DNA of 64,000 bases from the human T2T-CHM13v2.0 reference genome, Homo sapiens. Shown here one piece after another: positions 30,101 through 46,900 of this stretch; position 1 is the first letter of the stretch; each line of letters begins with the position of its first letter. The notes under the pieces were generated by a model. The model was given only the letters and a program-made list of their open reading frames with translations. It was not told where the DNA came from and made no database searches. Where the stretch lies: NCBI RefSeq assembly GCF_009914755.1, contig NC_060933.1. One strand, written 5' to 3'. A program made the translations under genes and the position numbers.

Positions 30101-31339
30101 ATTTGATTTTTCTCTCGTTTCTTCATTCTTAGTCTGCTATCTGTCTATCTATTTTGTTTATCTTTTAAAAAAAAACCAGTTTCTGGATTCATAGTTTTTT
30201 TTTGTAGCATTTTTTGTGTCTCTGTCTCCTTCAGTTCTGCTCTGATCTTAGGTATTACTTGTATTCTGCTAGCTTTTGAATTTGTTTGCTCTTGCTTCTC
30301 TAGTTCTTTTAATTGTGATGTTAGGGTGTCAGTTTTAGATCTTCCCTGCTTTCTCTTGTGGGCATTTAGTGCTACAAATTTGTGTCTACACACTGTTTTA
30401 AGTGTATCCCAGAGATTCTGGTATATTGTGTCTTTGTTCTCATTGATTTCAAAGAACATCTTTATTTCTGCCTTCATTTCGTTATTTACCCAGTAGTCAT
30501 TGAGGAGCAGGTTGTTCATTTTCCATATAGTTGTGTGGTTTTGAGTGAGTTTCTTAATCCTGAGTTCTAATTTTATTGCACTGTGGTCTGAGAGACTGTT
30601 ATTATTTCTGGGTTTTTTTTTTTTTTTTTTTTTTTGCATTTGCTGAGGAGTGTTTTACTTCCAATTATGTGGTCAATTTTAAAATAAGTACATTGTGGTG
30701 CTGAGAAGAATGTATATTCTGTTGATTTGGGGTGGAGAGTTCTGTAGATTTCTCTTAGGTCCACTTGGTCCAGAGTTGAGTTCAAGTCCGGATATCCATG
30801 TTAATTTTCTATCTCGTTGATCTGTCTAATATTGACAGTGGGGTGTCAAAGTCTCCCACTATTATTGTGTGAGAGTCTATGTCTCCTTGTAGGTCCCTAA
30901 GAACTTGCTATATGAATCTGGGTGCTTCTGTCTTGTGTCTTGGGTGCATATATATTTAACATAGTTAGCTGTTCTTGTTGCATTGATCAGTTTACCGTTA
31001 TGTAATGCCCTTCTTTGTCTCTTTTGTTCTTTGTTGGTTTAATGTCTTTTTATTAGAGACTAGGTTTGCAATCCCTGCTTTTTTGGTTGTCCATTTACTT
31101 GATAAATATTCCTCATTCCTTTATTGTGAGTCTGTGTGTGTCTTTGCACGAGATGGGTCTCTTGAGTGCTGCGCACCAATGGGTCTTGACTATCCAATTT
31201 GCCAGTCTGTGTCTTTTATTTGGGGCATTTAGCCCATTTACATTTAATGTTAGTGTTGTTATGTGTGAATTCGATCCTGTTATTACGATGCTAGCTGGTT
31301 ATTTTCCCTGTTAGTTGATATAGTTTTTTCATAGTGTAG

Positions 31340-32686
<1,347 letters not shown>

Positions 32687-34668
32687 CTTCGTGGATTTAT
32701 CTACCTTTGGTCTTTGATGTTGGTGACCTTCAAATGGGGTCTCTGAGTGGACGTCCTTTTGGTTGATGTTGATACTATTCCTTTCTGTTTGTTAGTTTTC
32801 CTTCCAACAGTCAGGCCCCTCTGCTGCAGGTCTGCTGGAGTTTGCTGGAGGTCCACTCCAGACTCTGTTTGCCTGGGTATCACCAGCAGAGGCTGCAGAA
32901 CAGCAAAGATTGCTGCCTATTCCTTCCTCTGGAATCTTTGTCCCAGAGGGTCACTCACCAGATGCCATCCAGAGCTCTCCCCTGTGAGGTGTCTGTTGAC
33001 CCCTACTGGGTGGTGTCTCCAAGTCAAGATACACAGGGGTCAGGGACACACTTGAGGAGGCAGTGTGTCCCTTATCAAGCTCAAACACTGTGCTAGGAGA
33101 ACTGCTGCTCTCTTCAGAGATGCCAGGCAGGGACATTTAAGTCTGCTGAAGATGTGCCTACAACCACCCCTTCCCCCAGGTGCTCTGTCCCAGGGAGATG
33201 AGGCTTTTATATATAAGCCTCTGGCTGGAGCTGCTACCTTTTTTTTCAGAGATGCTCTTCCCAAAGAGGAGTAATCTAGAGAGGCAGACTGGCCACAGAG
33301 GCCTTGCTGAGTTGTGGTGGGCCCTGCCCAGTTTGAACTTCCTGGTGGCTTTGTTTACACTGTGAGGGTAAAACTGCCTACTCAATCCTCAGCAGTGGCA
33401 GATGCCTCTCCCCCCACCAAGCTCTAGCATCCCAGGTCGACCTCAGACTGCTGTGCTAGCAGTGAGAATTTCAAGCCAGTGGATCTTAGCTTGCTGGGCT
33501 CTGTGAGGAAGGAAACTGCTGAGCCAGACCACTTGACTTCCTGGCTTCAGCCCCCTGTCCAGGGGAGTGAACAGTTCTTTCTCGCTGGTGTTCCAGGTGC
33601 CATTGGGGTATGAAAAGAAAACAAAACTCCGGCAGCTAGCTTTGTGTCTGCCCAAATGGCTGCCCTGTTTTGTGCTTGAAACCCAGGGCCCTGGTGGCAT
33701 AGGCACCGGAGGGAATGTCCTGGTCTGCCGGTTGTGAAGCCTGTGGGAGATGCACAGTATCTGAGCCAGAGTGCACCATTCCTCCTGGTACAGTCTGTCA
33801 TGGCTTCCCTTGGCTGGGGGAGGGAGATCCCCCAACCCCTTGTGCTTCCTGGGTGAGGTGACACCCCACCCTGCTTTGGCTCACCCTCTGTTGGTTGCAC
33901 CCACTGTCCAACTAGTCCCAATGAGATGAACCAGGTACCTCAGTTGGAAATCCAGAAATCACCTGCCTTCTGTGTCAGTCTCTCTGTGAGATGCAGACCA
34001 GAGATGTTCCTATTCAGCCATCTTGCCAGCCCCCTATTCTGTCAGTTCCCTTTCAATTGAACACTTGCTTTGCCTGTTAACTTGTTTCTTCCACAAAATA
34101 CTTCAGCTCTGAAGGCAAACCTTCTGAACAATGTCATCAAATGAAAATGTCTCTTTTATTTGACAAAAATAACCATTGCTAAAAATTTTCAAATCAATTT
34201 TTTATCCAGTTTATAGTTCAGTAGTCACATGTGATATGTCTGCTATCAATCCATATATGTATTATATATGTATCTCTCTATTTTTTTCGTAGCACAAAGT
34301 CAATTCTGGCATGTTACTAAAATATTGAAATTTGAAAACATAGAAGTTTGATTTCAATATACCATGCAAAATGTATAAGAAAGCATGACTATACTAATAG
34401 AAAGCCTGACTGTGGTTCCCAGGCTACCCTCAGATACACTGAGGATGGCCTTTGCCCTATGCTCCTATCCAAGCTGAGAGTGTAGGTTTCTGACCTCAGT
34501 TTCAGAACTAGTTTTTCAAATGGCATTGAATTCATTGTGAACTTCATGTAGAGCCATGATGCTGAACCATGTTATACAATATTCTGAATTAATATCCTAA
34601 TGAACGAAATAATTTTTAGTCCATTGATTGTTTATAAAGCTGATCATTACATGAAATGGTGTGAGATG

Positions 34669-34875
34669 AGATGTAGCAAACTACATCCCAAGGGTGAAAT
34701 CTAGCCTTGTTTTTTTTAAAGATAAAGTTTTATTGGAACACATCTATGCTCATTTTCTTGTAGCTGCTTTCATTCTATAATGGAAGTTTCAGTGGTTGTA
34801 ACAAAGACCATCTGGCCCCCAAAAGTTAAAAATATTTAGTATCTTTCCTTTCATAGAAAAACTTGCTAACTCATG
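34669..34875 (+). mobile_element. MER58A-like hAT-Charlie MITE
   Basis: GCAAACTAC...ATAAAGTTTTATTGGAACAC...AAAATATTTAGTATCT...AGAAAAACTTGCTAAC. Confidence 0.75.
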
Positions 34876-34939
34876 GTATAAAACGTATATTTTGGGCCCA
34901 GTAAAACTCTTAAGTTGCATTGCTGGCTTTGATCTCTAG

Positions 34940-35160
34940 TGGATAAATCATGGAAACTGGGAGTCATATAGTTCCATATTTAGATCCAGGACCTGCTGTT
35001 TAGAATTTGTGAGATCTTTATTAAGTTATTTGACATCTATGATCTTCTATTTCCTCCTGCGGAAAATGGGCTAATGAAACTTACGTCACAAAGATTTTCT
35101 GAGGATTATATAAATCATGTTAACGCAGTGTTTAGCATATGCAATAACTTATAGTTTTCC
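34940..35160 (+). mobile_element. MIR
   Basis: AAGTTATTTGACATCTATGATCTTCTATTTCCTCCTGCGGAAAATGGG core. Confidence 0.55.
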
Positions 35161-36779
35161 ACAGTATTATGCAATTTAATGACAATGAATATCTTTAGGG
35201 TACTGATAACATGAGGATGAATAGAGCTTGGGGATGAGCTCAGAATTAGGTGGTTAAGTTAGTTACCAAAAATGAGTGTGGATGGAGACAAAACAGAGCT
35301 GCTGGCCTATTGACATCATGATCAGGCCTCAGTATCTCTGTAAAGGGCTGACCTCAGCTTAGAGGGCTGCTCACCCATTCTATGTTTCTACGCTGTCTTT
35401 AGTTGAATTAATCACAAAGAAATGATCTTACCTCTTTCTATTTCACTATCAAACGCAGAGAAATTGATAATGTATAACATTCTAATACAATGAGGGCTTA
35501 TATTTTCTTCTCTCTGAAAGACTGAATTGCAAATGCTTATTGTCATTTCAGTGTCTAGAATAGTGGGGGTATGAGGAATATTCAGTTTCTTGTTCAGATA
35601 CATAATCGATCTGATATCTTTGCTATATACACCAATCAGTGGAAAAGCAGAGACTTCTTGGTGTTGTATGGGTCTCCTACTAAAAACAACAATGGTATCA
35701 ATTTTTTCTTCCTTGCCTAGTTATAATGTACAAAAGTTGTACAATCTTTACAGTCTCACTGTCTGATTCTGATGACAAAAGTATGTTTTGGTAATGGTTA
35801 ACTTCATTGATTGCTCTTTAGACATCACCATTTGATATTGCAATCAATAGCACAGCAATTCTTATATATCATAACGAGGCTCTGTTGGTTGATCCTGTAA
35901 TAGAAGAACATTGATTTATAATAATAGTGCCAAAATACATTAACAGTTACACATTAGCTTAGTAAATGTATTATTTTATGTCACCTGTAATGGATGTATG
36001 TGGAATAAAATTACTATAAATATGGATGCTGGTATTAAAATTTACCATTTTTTTTTTGTTTGTGGGCTATTTGTGTCTGTTTTCACCATCTTTTATTTTT
36101 CTAGACTCAAGGACAACCAGAACGTTTTCAGAACCTCACAATAATCATGAGTACCAGATGCCTAGTGCTGATCAACATGGCCACTGTTGCCTTTGCCATT
36201 TATAACTGGAGAGTATGATGAATATGCAGGTCCATTTGCACTGAGCTATGAATCTGCTTGAGTCTTCACATGATGCAAAGAAGCATCTGTTTGCCTTAGT
36301 TGCCCAAACAAAATCCAAAAATGATAGGTGAAATAATCCAAAGGCTGCTGGATTTTGCTTTTCTAAAATTTACTAGTGTTGCATGTTAAGGATGTTTAAT
36401 AGTAATTGCTTGTGAGGGAAATTATAAAAGAAAACCAAAAACAGTGAAAAAAAATTTATTATGTAAATAAATTTGTTCAGTTGATAATGATTTTTTTTCC
36501 TGTTTCTACATAAGGCAGTGGTTTCTTATACAAGGTTTACATGTAGCTATTTATTTAACTTCTTAAGGAAATTTTTTGCATCTTTATATAGGCCATAGTG
36601 TCTTTGTGATGATTAAAACAAATAGTCCTTAAACTGTTCTTTTCAGAAATAAACATTTTAATCTTCTCTTTCAAATAAATATCCCAACTCTCCTGTATTC
36701 TCTCTTTTTCTGTCTCTCACACACACCTAGAATTTTTTTTTGTATGTAATATGAAGACATATAGAATTTAAGTTATGAT

Positions 36780-37178
36780 TGTCTTAGTCTATGTTGCTGT
36801 AAAAGAATACCTTCAGTTGGGTAATTTCTTTGGCTCACAGTCTTGTAGGCTGTATACAAAGCATGATGCTGGGACCCACTTCAGGTGAAAGCCTCAGGAA
36901 GCTTCCACTCATGACAGAAGGAGAAAGGAGCTGGTGTGTGCAGATCACACGGTGAGAGAGAAGCAAGAGGGAAAACAAAGGTGCTGGGCTCTTTTTAACA
37001 ATCAGGTTTCCTGGGAACTATTAGAATGAGAACTCCCTGATTACTGCCAGCACAGAACGAAATAGTTCATGAAAGATCCAATGTCAGGACCCAAACACCC
37101 TCCACTATGCCCACCTCCAACACTCGGGTTCACATGTCAACATGAGATTTGAAGAGAATGAACATCCAAATTATCTCA
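36780..37178 (-). mobile_element. MST (MSTB-like) MaLR solo LTR
   Basis: TGTCTTAGTC...GCCTCAGGAAGCTTCCACTCATG...CATGAGATTTG...ATCCAAATTATCTCA. TSD ATGAT/ATCAT. Confidence 0.8.
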
Positions 37179-37929
37179 ATCATTTTTTGGGAATCTCAAT
37201 CACAGACTTTAAATACTGAAAGGACTATTAATTTTAAGAAGAATTAAACTTTGTCATATGGCCTTTAATGAACAGTACTAGGTTAAAACTACAGGGAGAA
37301 AAATTCTGAATTCATAAATCGCTGATACCTGTATGTTAAAAATATCTTATGTTGGATTAAATTCTCTTAGTGAGATTGTGCATTGTAAGTGGTTGCAGAT
37401 GTTAAAGAATAAATGCATAACCACTTGGAAAGCATTTCAATGAGACTAGAGTAGACCTGGGTGCCTTTTGATATTCATTTCAGCTTTGAAATTTTATGAC
37501 ATCTATAATATAAATTTACATGCACGATGTACTTATAAAGGTAGTATACATGTGTAATGAGGTGACTATGGATAACCAAGGTTTATCTAATTTTGTGACA
37601 TGTTCATTGATGGACCCTACTTAATTATTTCCTTGTTAGAAATAAATGATGGAGTCTTACTTTAAAATGAAGTTTCCACTGAAAGAAATTATCAATACTA
37701 TTCTGAATTATCCTTGAAAGAAGTTAATCCCAGGCAGGAAAAAACAAAAAGAAGTAACTGTAGGAACACATATTTTCCTTCTTCTCTATTGCCTGAAGAA
37801 TTAAGCCTGGAATCTGTAAAATGAATAAACTTTAAATGGTTCTGGGTTTAGGAATGAGCCGTTCCTGAAAGTTTTACCTAGAAATATGGCGAAGTACAAC
37901 TATATGTAATAGGATCTTCTATCTGAAGA

Positions 37930-38335
37930 TGGGGAGAGGATGGGTCAAAAAATTTTTCCAGAGACAATAATGTCTAAACTTTTGTTTAAGTGATTTAAAG
38001 ATGGTGTATGTGAAGAGAATTCAAGGAAGAAGGATAACATGAATACATAGAGATTAAAATATAGTTTTCTTCTTCGGGAATAATGGGACATAGACTAGAG
38101 AGAGAAACTAGAGTCGGGTAATAAATGTCTACAATATGTAAGCTATGTTAAGAGTTTGCATTTTATCAAAGAGAAATAGCCTTTTTAGGATTCCAAGCAG
38201 GGAAGTGAAATAATCAGATAGACATTTAAAAAGCTCCCTCAGGCTACATTTTAGGGAATGGATTAGAAAAGGGCAAAACTAGAAATAGGAAGACCACTTA
38301 GAAGGCTGTGTTAGTAATCTGTGTGGGCAATGCAA
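37930..38335 (-). mobile_element. L2 fragment
   Basis: GAGTTTGCATTTTATC...AAGCAGGGAAGTGAAATAATCAGAT...AGACCACTTAGAAGGCT L2 motif block. Confidence 0.55.
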
Positions 38336-38339
38336 GACC

Positions 38340-40780
38340 TCTTTGTCACCAATTTTCCAATAATGTTCATTCCAAATTCCTGAATATCCAGCCTAACCTT
38401 AACCACCAGCCATAAATCATTGTAGATCTGTGCCTTTGGTAATTTCTCCTTTTAGATAAAAATGAACAGCTAGGTACTCTCTTCAAAGTTCTGCCTTTTG
38501 GGAGCATTTTCTTTATTATACTCCTGGGCTACCCCAGACTGAGGCTGTTGTGCTGCACGTGCCCAGGATTCCGACATATTAAGCAGTTTTATCTATAAAC
38601 CTGAGCCAAAAATACATCTTTTTTAATCAACTAGATGTAAGAAGCTCTCCATGAGGCCATAGGTAGAAGTTGAGAGAAAAGAGGCCATATAGAGGGGGTA
38701 GGTGCCATGGAAATCTGATCCATTGACTCCTGTAATTTATTTGTGCCTTCAGGGCTAGTTTGAGCCTGATGTCTAATATTCTGACATATTAGAATACTCA
38801 TCTGCATGCCCAAATTTATGCCTTGTTGTTGGCTGGTTGGGAGTTGGGGGGATGTTCAGATAACACCCAAGCCTTAGTGAAGAGTTCAGGTCACATTATA
38901 GTTTGTGGCTTGCAGTCAAACATTCCAGTTCTACTAGTGTGCAGTAGTAAGCCAGAAGCAGTTTCTCAAAAGAACAGTATTTTCTACAGAGAATGAGACA
39001 GTTTTTCTTCAATTCCTAAATTTCTGTGGCTTACCTACAGAGGATTGCAAAAGACTCCACATAGTATTTCAACCTACCATAAACATTTGAAGAACTATGA
39101 AATCTTCTGGCCATGTGGTAGAACAAGTTGTATGGCAGCATGGACTTGCTTCAGAGCTGTCTCTTGTTTTGGGCTCCATTCAAAGCTGGAAGCCTTTCAA
39201 GTTACTGGGTGGGTCAAAAGAGCATAACCAAATGAGATACTACGTGTCTCCATGATTTAATGAAGCCAATATATATTCTGCATTTTTTCACAATAGTAGG
39301 ATGGTACAAATGCATCAACTTGCCCTTCATGCTGAAAAGAATATTTCAACATACCCAACCACTTTATCCCTAGAAATTTCTCTATAAGATAAGTGCCACC
39401 ATTTGGCCATGCCACTCTGGGATCCCATCATCCCCATTGAACTCAGGGAGCCCATTCTGAATATAGCAGTCTTACTGTTAATCCTGCCTACAGAGAAAGC
39501 CACTGCAGCCTTGGCAAAGATGCCACACTCCTCTCATCAATATGTCTCTCAAGCTTTGAGTGATATGAGTTAGAAAGTTAGTGAGCAAGTCTTACATATC
39601 AAATCTAGCATTCAGACCTCATTACCTCTTTAAATATCCATATCCCAAAGTCATATACCTCAGTCTTATTTAGTGTAGGCCACCTTTGGGCCCAGCTTTC
39701 TGCCAGCAACTGACAAAATGCTCAGAACCATTTCCAGACACACAAGCTAACTTAAATTTGTTGGAATACTGAATTTCGAAAACTTTGTTTACAGCATTGA
39801 AATAAGTAAATTCAATATGATCTAAAAACTGTTTCTTTCACCTTGATCCAATATTGTTAGGAGCCAGTTTTCTAATACAAATTGGAAAAATTTCATTAGA
39901 CTTTTCATGTACTTGATACTTCCTCCTATATTACTTCCTCTTTGGAACTCAACCTCTGTAATCTGCCAGGACTTGAGTCTATCTGTAGGTGTTTAAGTCA
40001 TGAGTAGTGTTGGGGTTAGGTCCTAACATGTATCATCATTTTCGTGAAAAGTATTATCTTGTGAAGGCCATTACAATTTCATTAGTCAAAAGGATCCCAG
40101 ATTCTTTCATGAAAGGAGAATGGACTGTTCCTGCTGGCAAAGAAATTTGGCCGAATTTAGGGGTTCAATACGTTGTTCACTTGAAATCTGCCCATATATA
40201 TCCTTCCTGAATTTCAGGTTCTCATTTGTTTTCACTCGATACTTTAATATAATAGACACTGTGGAGTTGCAAATTCAATTTGTATTATAATTCAACCTTG
40301 TCACGATTTGTCTTTGACCTTGGTTTCTAGATATATCTTCCCTGATAATACAGAAAATAGACGATTTTTTAGATAAGTCGTAAAGCTAATTGTTTTTCTA
40401 CTAAAAACTTGAGCTCAGAATTCCAGTAGCTGAAGTCATCATTTTCTTTCTCCAAGTCCTTCAGTGCTATCAGAAACAACCAACCTCTTAATACTCATTG
40501 TTTCCAATATAAAGTTTGATAGTGGCAACTACATGGTCACTACAGTGTTGCCCTTGATATATATTTGATTGAAATTGACTACAGGTAACACTTAAGTAAT
40601 TGTTTTGCCATCTTAAGTAATTGTTTTGCCATCGCATGCCATTGGCTACCGATGTTCCTATTTCTACAGGCAATGGAGTCATTAATGTCTTTAAATCTAA
40701 TCAGAACAAGGAATAAATCTCCCATTTCTATACTCAGAGTTTTATTGCCCTGGAATGACTTCCAATGACCATATAAGACC
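38340..40780 (-). mobile_element. Ancient ERVL-class internal region (gag and pol remnants, internally deleted)
   Basis: The reverse strand resembles HERV-L pol: KFLGIKW near 39360-39380, AGCTTTGAATGGAGCCC near 39180, TTTTGAGAAACTGCTTCTGGC near 38960. gag-like sequence follows from ~39390. Many stop codons. Confidence 0.65.
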
Positions 40781-41128
40781 CTGTGCAATTAGGGAAAGAA
40801 CTATTATGAATATAAAGGAATGAGGGATTTATTAAACGAGACATTATGCAATTGTGAAAAAATTGAAGGAGTAAGAAAAGATGAGTTGGAAAATCAGAAA
40901 AAAATGTTACTAACCAACCTTTATGAAGCAGGGTGTGTCAAGCTGCCAGTGTGTCCACAAAGTAGAGCTACTGGAGAAGTCTATGAAAGTTATTGACCTG
41001 TGTTTGGGTGGGAAGTGGATACTGGGAATGTAGTTCCATCTTAGCCAAGTTGATATAGTACCATGGATAGTGGTGAGGTAGTAGACTGGAAAGATAACTT
41101 GAAGTCAAATCATACATGATAAAATACC

Positions 41129-41480
41129 TATCTTAGCTCAGTCTGCTATAACATCATACCATAGACTGTGCCACTTAAAAGACATTTATTTCTCAAAGTT
41201 TTGGAGACTGGGAAGTCAAGATGAAGGTTTTGACAGATTTGATTCCTGGTAAGGGCACTCCTCTTGGCTTTCACATAGTAACTTGTTGCTGTGTCCTCAC
41301 ATAAAAGAGAGACACAGTTCTGCTGTCTTTTCCTCTAATTTTATTATGAAGACTCCAATCTTACCACCTTATCTAAACCTAATTGCCTCCTAAAAGCTCT
41401 ACCACCTAATACCGTAAAAATGGGGAGTCAGGATTCAACATATGAATTGGGGGATGGACACAAACATTCAGTTTATAACA
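41129..41480 (-). mobile_element. MLT1A/A0 MaLR solo LTR
   Basis: TCTTAGCTCAGTCTGCTATAAC...GGAGACTGGGAAGTCAAGAT...TTCAACATATGAATT...ACACAAACATTCAGTTTATAACA. Confidence 0.8.
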
Positions 41481-42091
41481 GTATGTAAATTCTATTAGGG
41501 AGTTCAGACGCTACCCAAGGAAAATACAGTGAGATAATTACATTTGCATTTTTAAAACCTCACACAGGTTATATTTTATAGATAGGGTTAATAATGGGCA
41601 TGATTAGAGATAGACCTTTTAATTTTGAGATAATTAAATTGAGAAATGCAGGGGATGTATATTGGATAATGGTTGTGAAGAGAGAAAAATTGTACCAATT
41701 TTGGAGATATTAGGGAGGTCAACTCAACATCACTTTGCTATAGTTTCTAGCTGAAGAAATTGAGAGTTGTTTTTTAATTAAAATTTATGTTACATGAGTG
41801 AGAGCTATGTTGTCCCACTAAAGGAAAATCTATGTGTTTTTCTGGACATTGTGGTTGAAGTTCTTACAGGGCATCTGCATTTAGATGATGAGTGTGTAGT
41901 TGCATATTTAGATCTGAAAATCTAGGGAGAAAATAATTTTGTCACTCAATTTTCATAGCGCCTATGCTTGAAACACAGAAACAAGCAATAGGGTTTTAAA
42001 ATTTGTTGCATATTGAATTGCTTATTTGAGCCCTAACTTAAATTACATCAAAATGTCCCTAAAGAAGAGGCAGTATACTTATACTGGGAAT

Positions 42092-43528
<1,437 letters not shown>

Positions 43529-43629
43529 GACAAAATTAATTTTTGATGATAAGATTTAATCTAACATTTCTTCAGCACAGAAGATGTTCCAGAATTTACC
43601 AGATGTAATATAGTTTTTCTTTATGTTGA

Positions 43630-43995
43630 TCCTGTTAGACAGTGGATTACTCAGTATTAGCTAGCTTATTTTGCAGAAACAACCTTCTAGTCTCCATATC
43701 TTAAAACAATAAATGTTTCACTCTCAAACTTTTAGTCATGGTAAGCCTATGGAGTAGCCATCATCCAAATGTTGACAGTTGTTGAGTAAGGGTAAAAGAA
43801 AGCTGACAAGGCACTCACTAGATGTCAAACTTTATTCTTGGAAGTAGCACGTGCCACTTATGCTCCCACTGTATTGACTAAAGGAAGTCATGTGGCCTCA
43901 GGTAACTTCAAATTCGGCTGAGGAGCATATTCCTACCATGTGACTAGGAGGAGATGGGCCAGAAATAATTGGGAAGCATTTCTACTAACCATCAT
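43630..43995 (-). mobile_element. Old MLT1 (J/K-type) LTR fragment
   Basis: CTTAAAACAATAAATGTTT...GGAAGTAGCAC...ATTGACTAAAGGAAGTCATGTGGCC motifs. Confidence 0.5.
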
Positions 43996-46900
43996 AATTT
44001 CATATGTGAATAAAACCTGAGGCTAACAAATATTAATATATAGTCTTCCAAAATCTAATAAAATTTAATGAAGACAAGACTTAAACTCACTTCTTTAAGT
44101 TGCCCTGCCAAAGTCCCCACAGAGGTACATTGGCAGTTTAGAATCTCAGGTTCCTCATGTGTCAAAGGAACTTTAAGCTATCCCTTCCAATTTAAGAATC
44201 TGTAATTTGGCCATTCTTTCTGTATAGCCTAAACTTCCATAAAACTAGGACAACAATATATATCGGCCATTTAGTTTCAACTCTAGCCCCAGTATAGAGG
44301 AAAATTTTATGATCGTCTTTTTTAGGAAGATTTGAAGAAGAGAGAATACCCATTTCTGCACTGTCAGTACAATATCAGATGATTTCAAGGATGTGAAGTC
44401 CACTACACAATTAGGTTAAGGTCCTCCTTTTATTGTACATAGGAAACAAAGACTGTTCTACATTTAAAAATGAGAGTCTGAACTTTTTAAAAGAATTACA
44501 GGTTTTTCTTTAAATGCTGAACATTTGTTTATATAGTTCATATTTAGAAACACAATACCAAGTACTCATTATGGAATATTATTTTTTGGCATGCTAGTAA
44601 CTATCTGTTCCCTTGGGAAATCAGGTCTTACATAATGTGAAGAAATAAATTGAGCTGAACATCAGGATTCTAAAAATAAAAACAAAATAACCACCAACAT
44701 ATGTGTTTTGGTTCTTGGTGCCTACTTTCACTCCCAAAGGAGACTTTAGCAGTATCTAATATTCCTAAAATTGAATAATTTTATGCACAATTTAGGATGA
44801 ATCTGCTTGTATGATCTTATTTTGAATGCCTTGGTGATTTGACTGGCCTGCACTTTGGCTCAGTGGTTAGTGGATATTATATATATATATATACTTATCT
44901 CCATTAAATGAAGGTTCAAACTATCATTTGCAACCTCACTTGATGTTTGCACTAATAGAAATATTCCCAGTTAAATTAGTAGAAGTTATTTTATAAAATA
45001 TTTATCTTTTAGAGACAGGGTCATAAGTGTATTACTTCTTTGGGAAGATAGTTTACCACCATTCTAATGGAGGCAGTGTTAAACATAATGCTGGGAATGG
45101 GTCTCTTTGGGAAAGTACACAGATTTTTCCATTTCTTTGTTACTCCCAAGTGGCCTCAAGTTGAAAACTTTAGTAGAGTCTTCAGTTGGTATCATATTAT
45201 TTCTGGAATATCACTGTGGTTCAGTAGTATTCTTAACTACTCATGGAATAAAGGGTCAGAAACAATATGAGCCTTCTCTATCTTGGACCAGATAAGCATT
45301 TGTAACCACCCCAGGCATAATTCTCTTAAATGTAGTAGGAGAGAAAAAAAAATGTTGGCTGTCAGGTGACAGCCAAAAGGACCTCTTCTCAAATCAACCC
45401 AAGAAGACTGAAACATTATGGAAGATTTATTAAAAAGAGGATGATTTAAAGAGTAAGTAGGAATGAGAATGAACTGAATAAAAATCTTTGCTAGTGTTAA
45501 TATAAATTTAATTTTGTCTCCATAGTGGTGAGATATGGAAAATACAGGTTACATAATAAAAAAGACATACACATTACAAACTCACTCTTTATATGTTACA
45601 GAAAGAGTGTTTGAAAAAAATTTTTCTTAACAATACAAAGGTAATAAAATTTTAAAAAATCTAAAAATAATGTTTGAAATTGCTGAACTAGTTCTGGGAA
45701 TATATATATCAATAAAAATTAAAATGTGAAAAGATAGCTAAAAGAATGAGATAAACTTTATATGCAATGAAATATAAAACACTTAATTTGATGTCTAACT
45801 CTTTTAAAACGATTCATGGAGGGATAAACTGAAACAAAGCTGGAAATATCAGGAGAACAATAAGAGAATGCAAAAACAACTAAACAGAGACTTGGCAGGA
45901 TGGAAAATGAAGAACTCATAACTACACACAGTGGACTTCATAGCTAGCCGGCCCTCAGATTGCTTTTGACACCCCTGTGGAATAGCAAATATAAAGCCAG
46001 ACAGATGTGGCACTGATATTGGATATTGACAGAAAAATCCTACAATGGGAAATTCTTCCAGGTGGCTAAAAGGAAAAGTCCCAATAATTTGATCAAATAA
46101 AGAAGCAGTACAGAAACATTTAGCAATAACTTTTATCAAGGCAATGACACTAAAACAACATGTGTCCATTAGCTTCAGCTTCAAAATATCCCAAATAAGT
46201 TGATGCAGTTTAACAGTGATTCTCATCCTTCTAGAAGTGCATATAATATTGTGGGAAAATGAACTATCTCAATGTTAGTAAATGCCACTCTCTAATTAAA
46301 AATACACTATGATAAAGACTGAGATGTAATGATATTTTTAACTTCGAAAAAAATGAGAGTATAGGATATTTACTCATGATATAGGTAAAGCCTGTATCCT
46401 ACTTGGATATATAAAATGTCTGTGTGTAAATAAATGAAATAAATGGGGTAAAATAATTTTAAAGAACATGTAATATTAGCATCACTACCTAAACCATTCT
46501 GTCTACAGTCAAAATATTTATATGAACCTAATATTTGCTCAAGTTTTGGAAATATTACCTCATTTTACCCTGACATGAACTCTTTGAAGTAGCTTTTTTT
46601 TTTATTATTTTAGGCAAATTCAAGTTCAGGGAGATGAAGGGACGTAGCAGAGATTCAAACCCTGAAATTCTGAATGTGAATTAACTGGCCAATTCTCAAC
46701 ATCATAGCTCTCTTTCCAAGAAAATTTTGTTTAATGAGAGAATAAAGTTTTTGAGCAAAATACAGCTTTTTTCGTTAAGTCATGAACTGCCTCTTCCAAT
46801 ATTTACTCAATAGAAATCTCACATATGAAAAATAAAATCTGAGATACAATCTCTGTTTCACTTCACATGGATGAAAAAATAATTGGCTATAAGGAAGTTA

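Noticed and set aside
45849-46226. 125-aa minus-strand ORF
   Set aside because: No motif, composition typical of antisense A-rich DNA, and probably lies within an old L1M relic.
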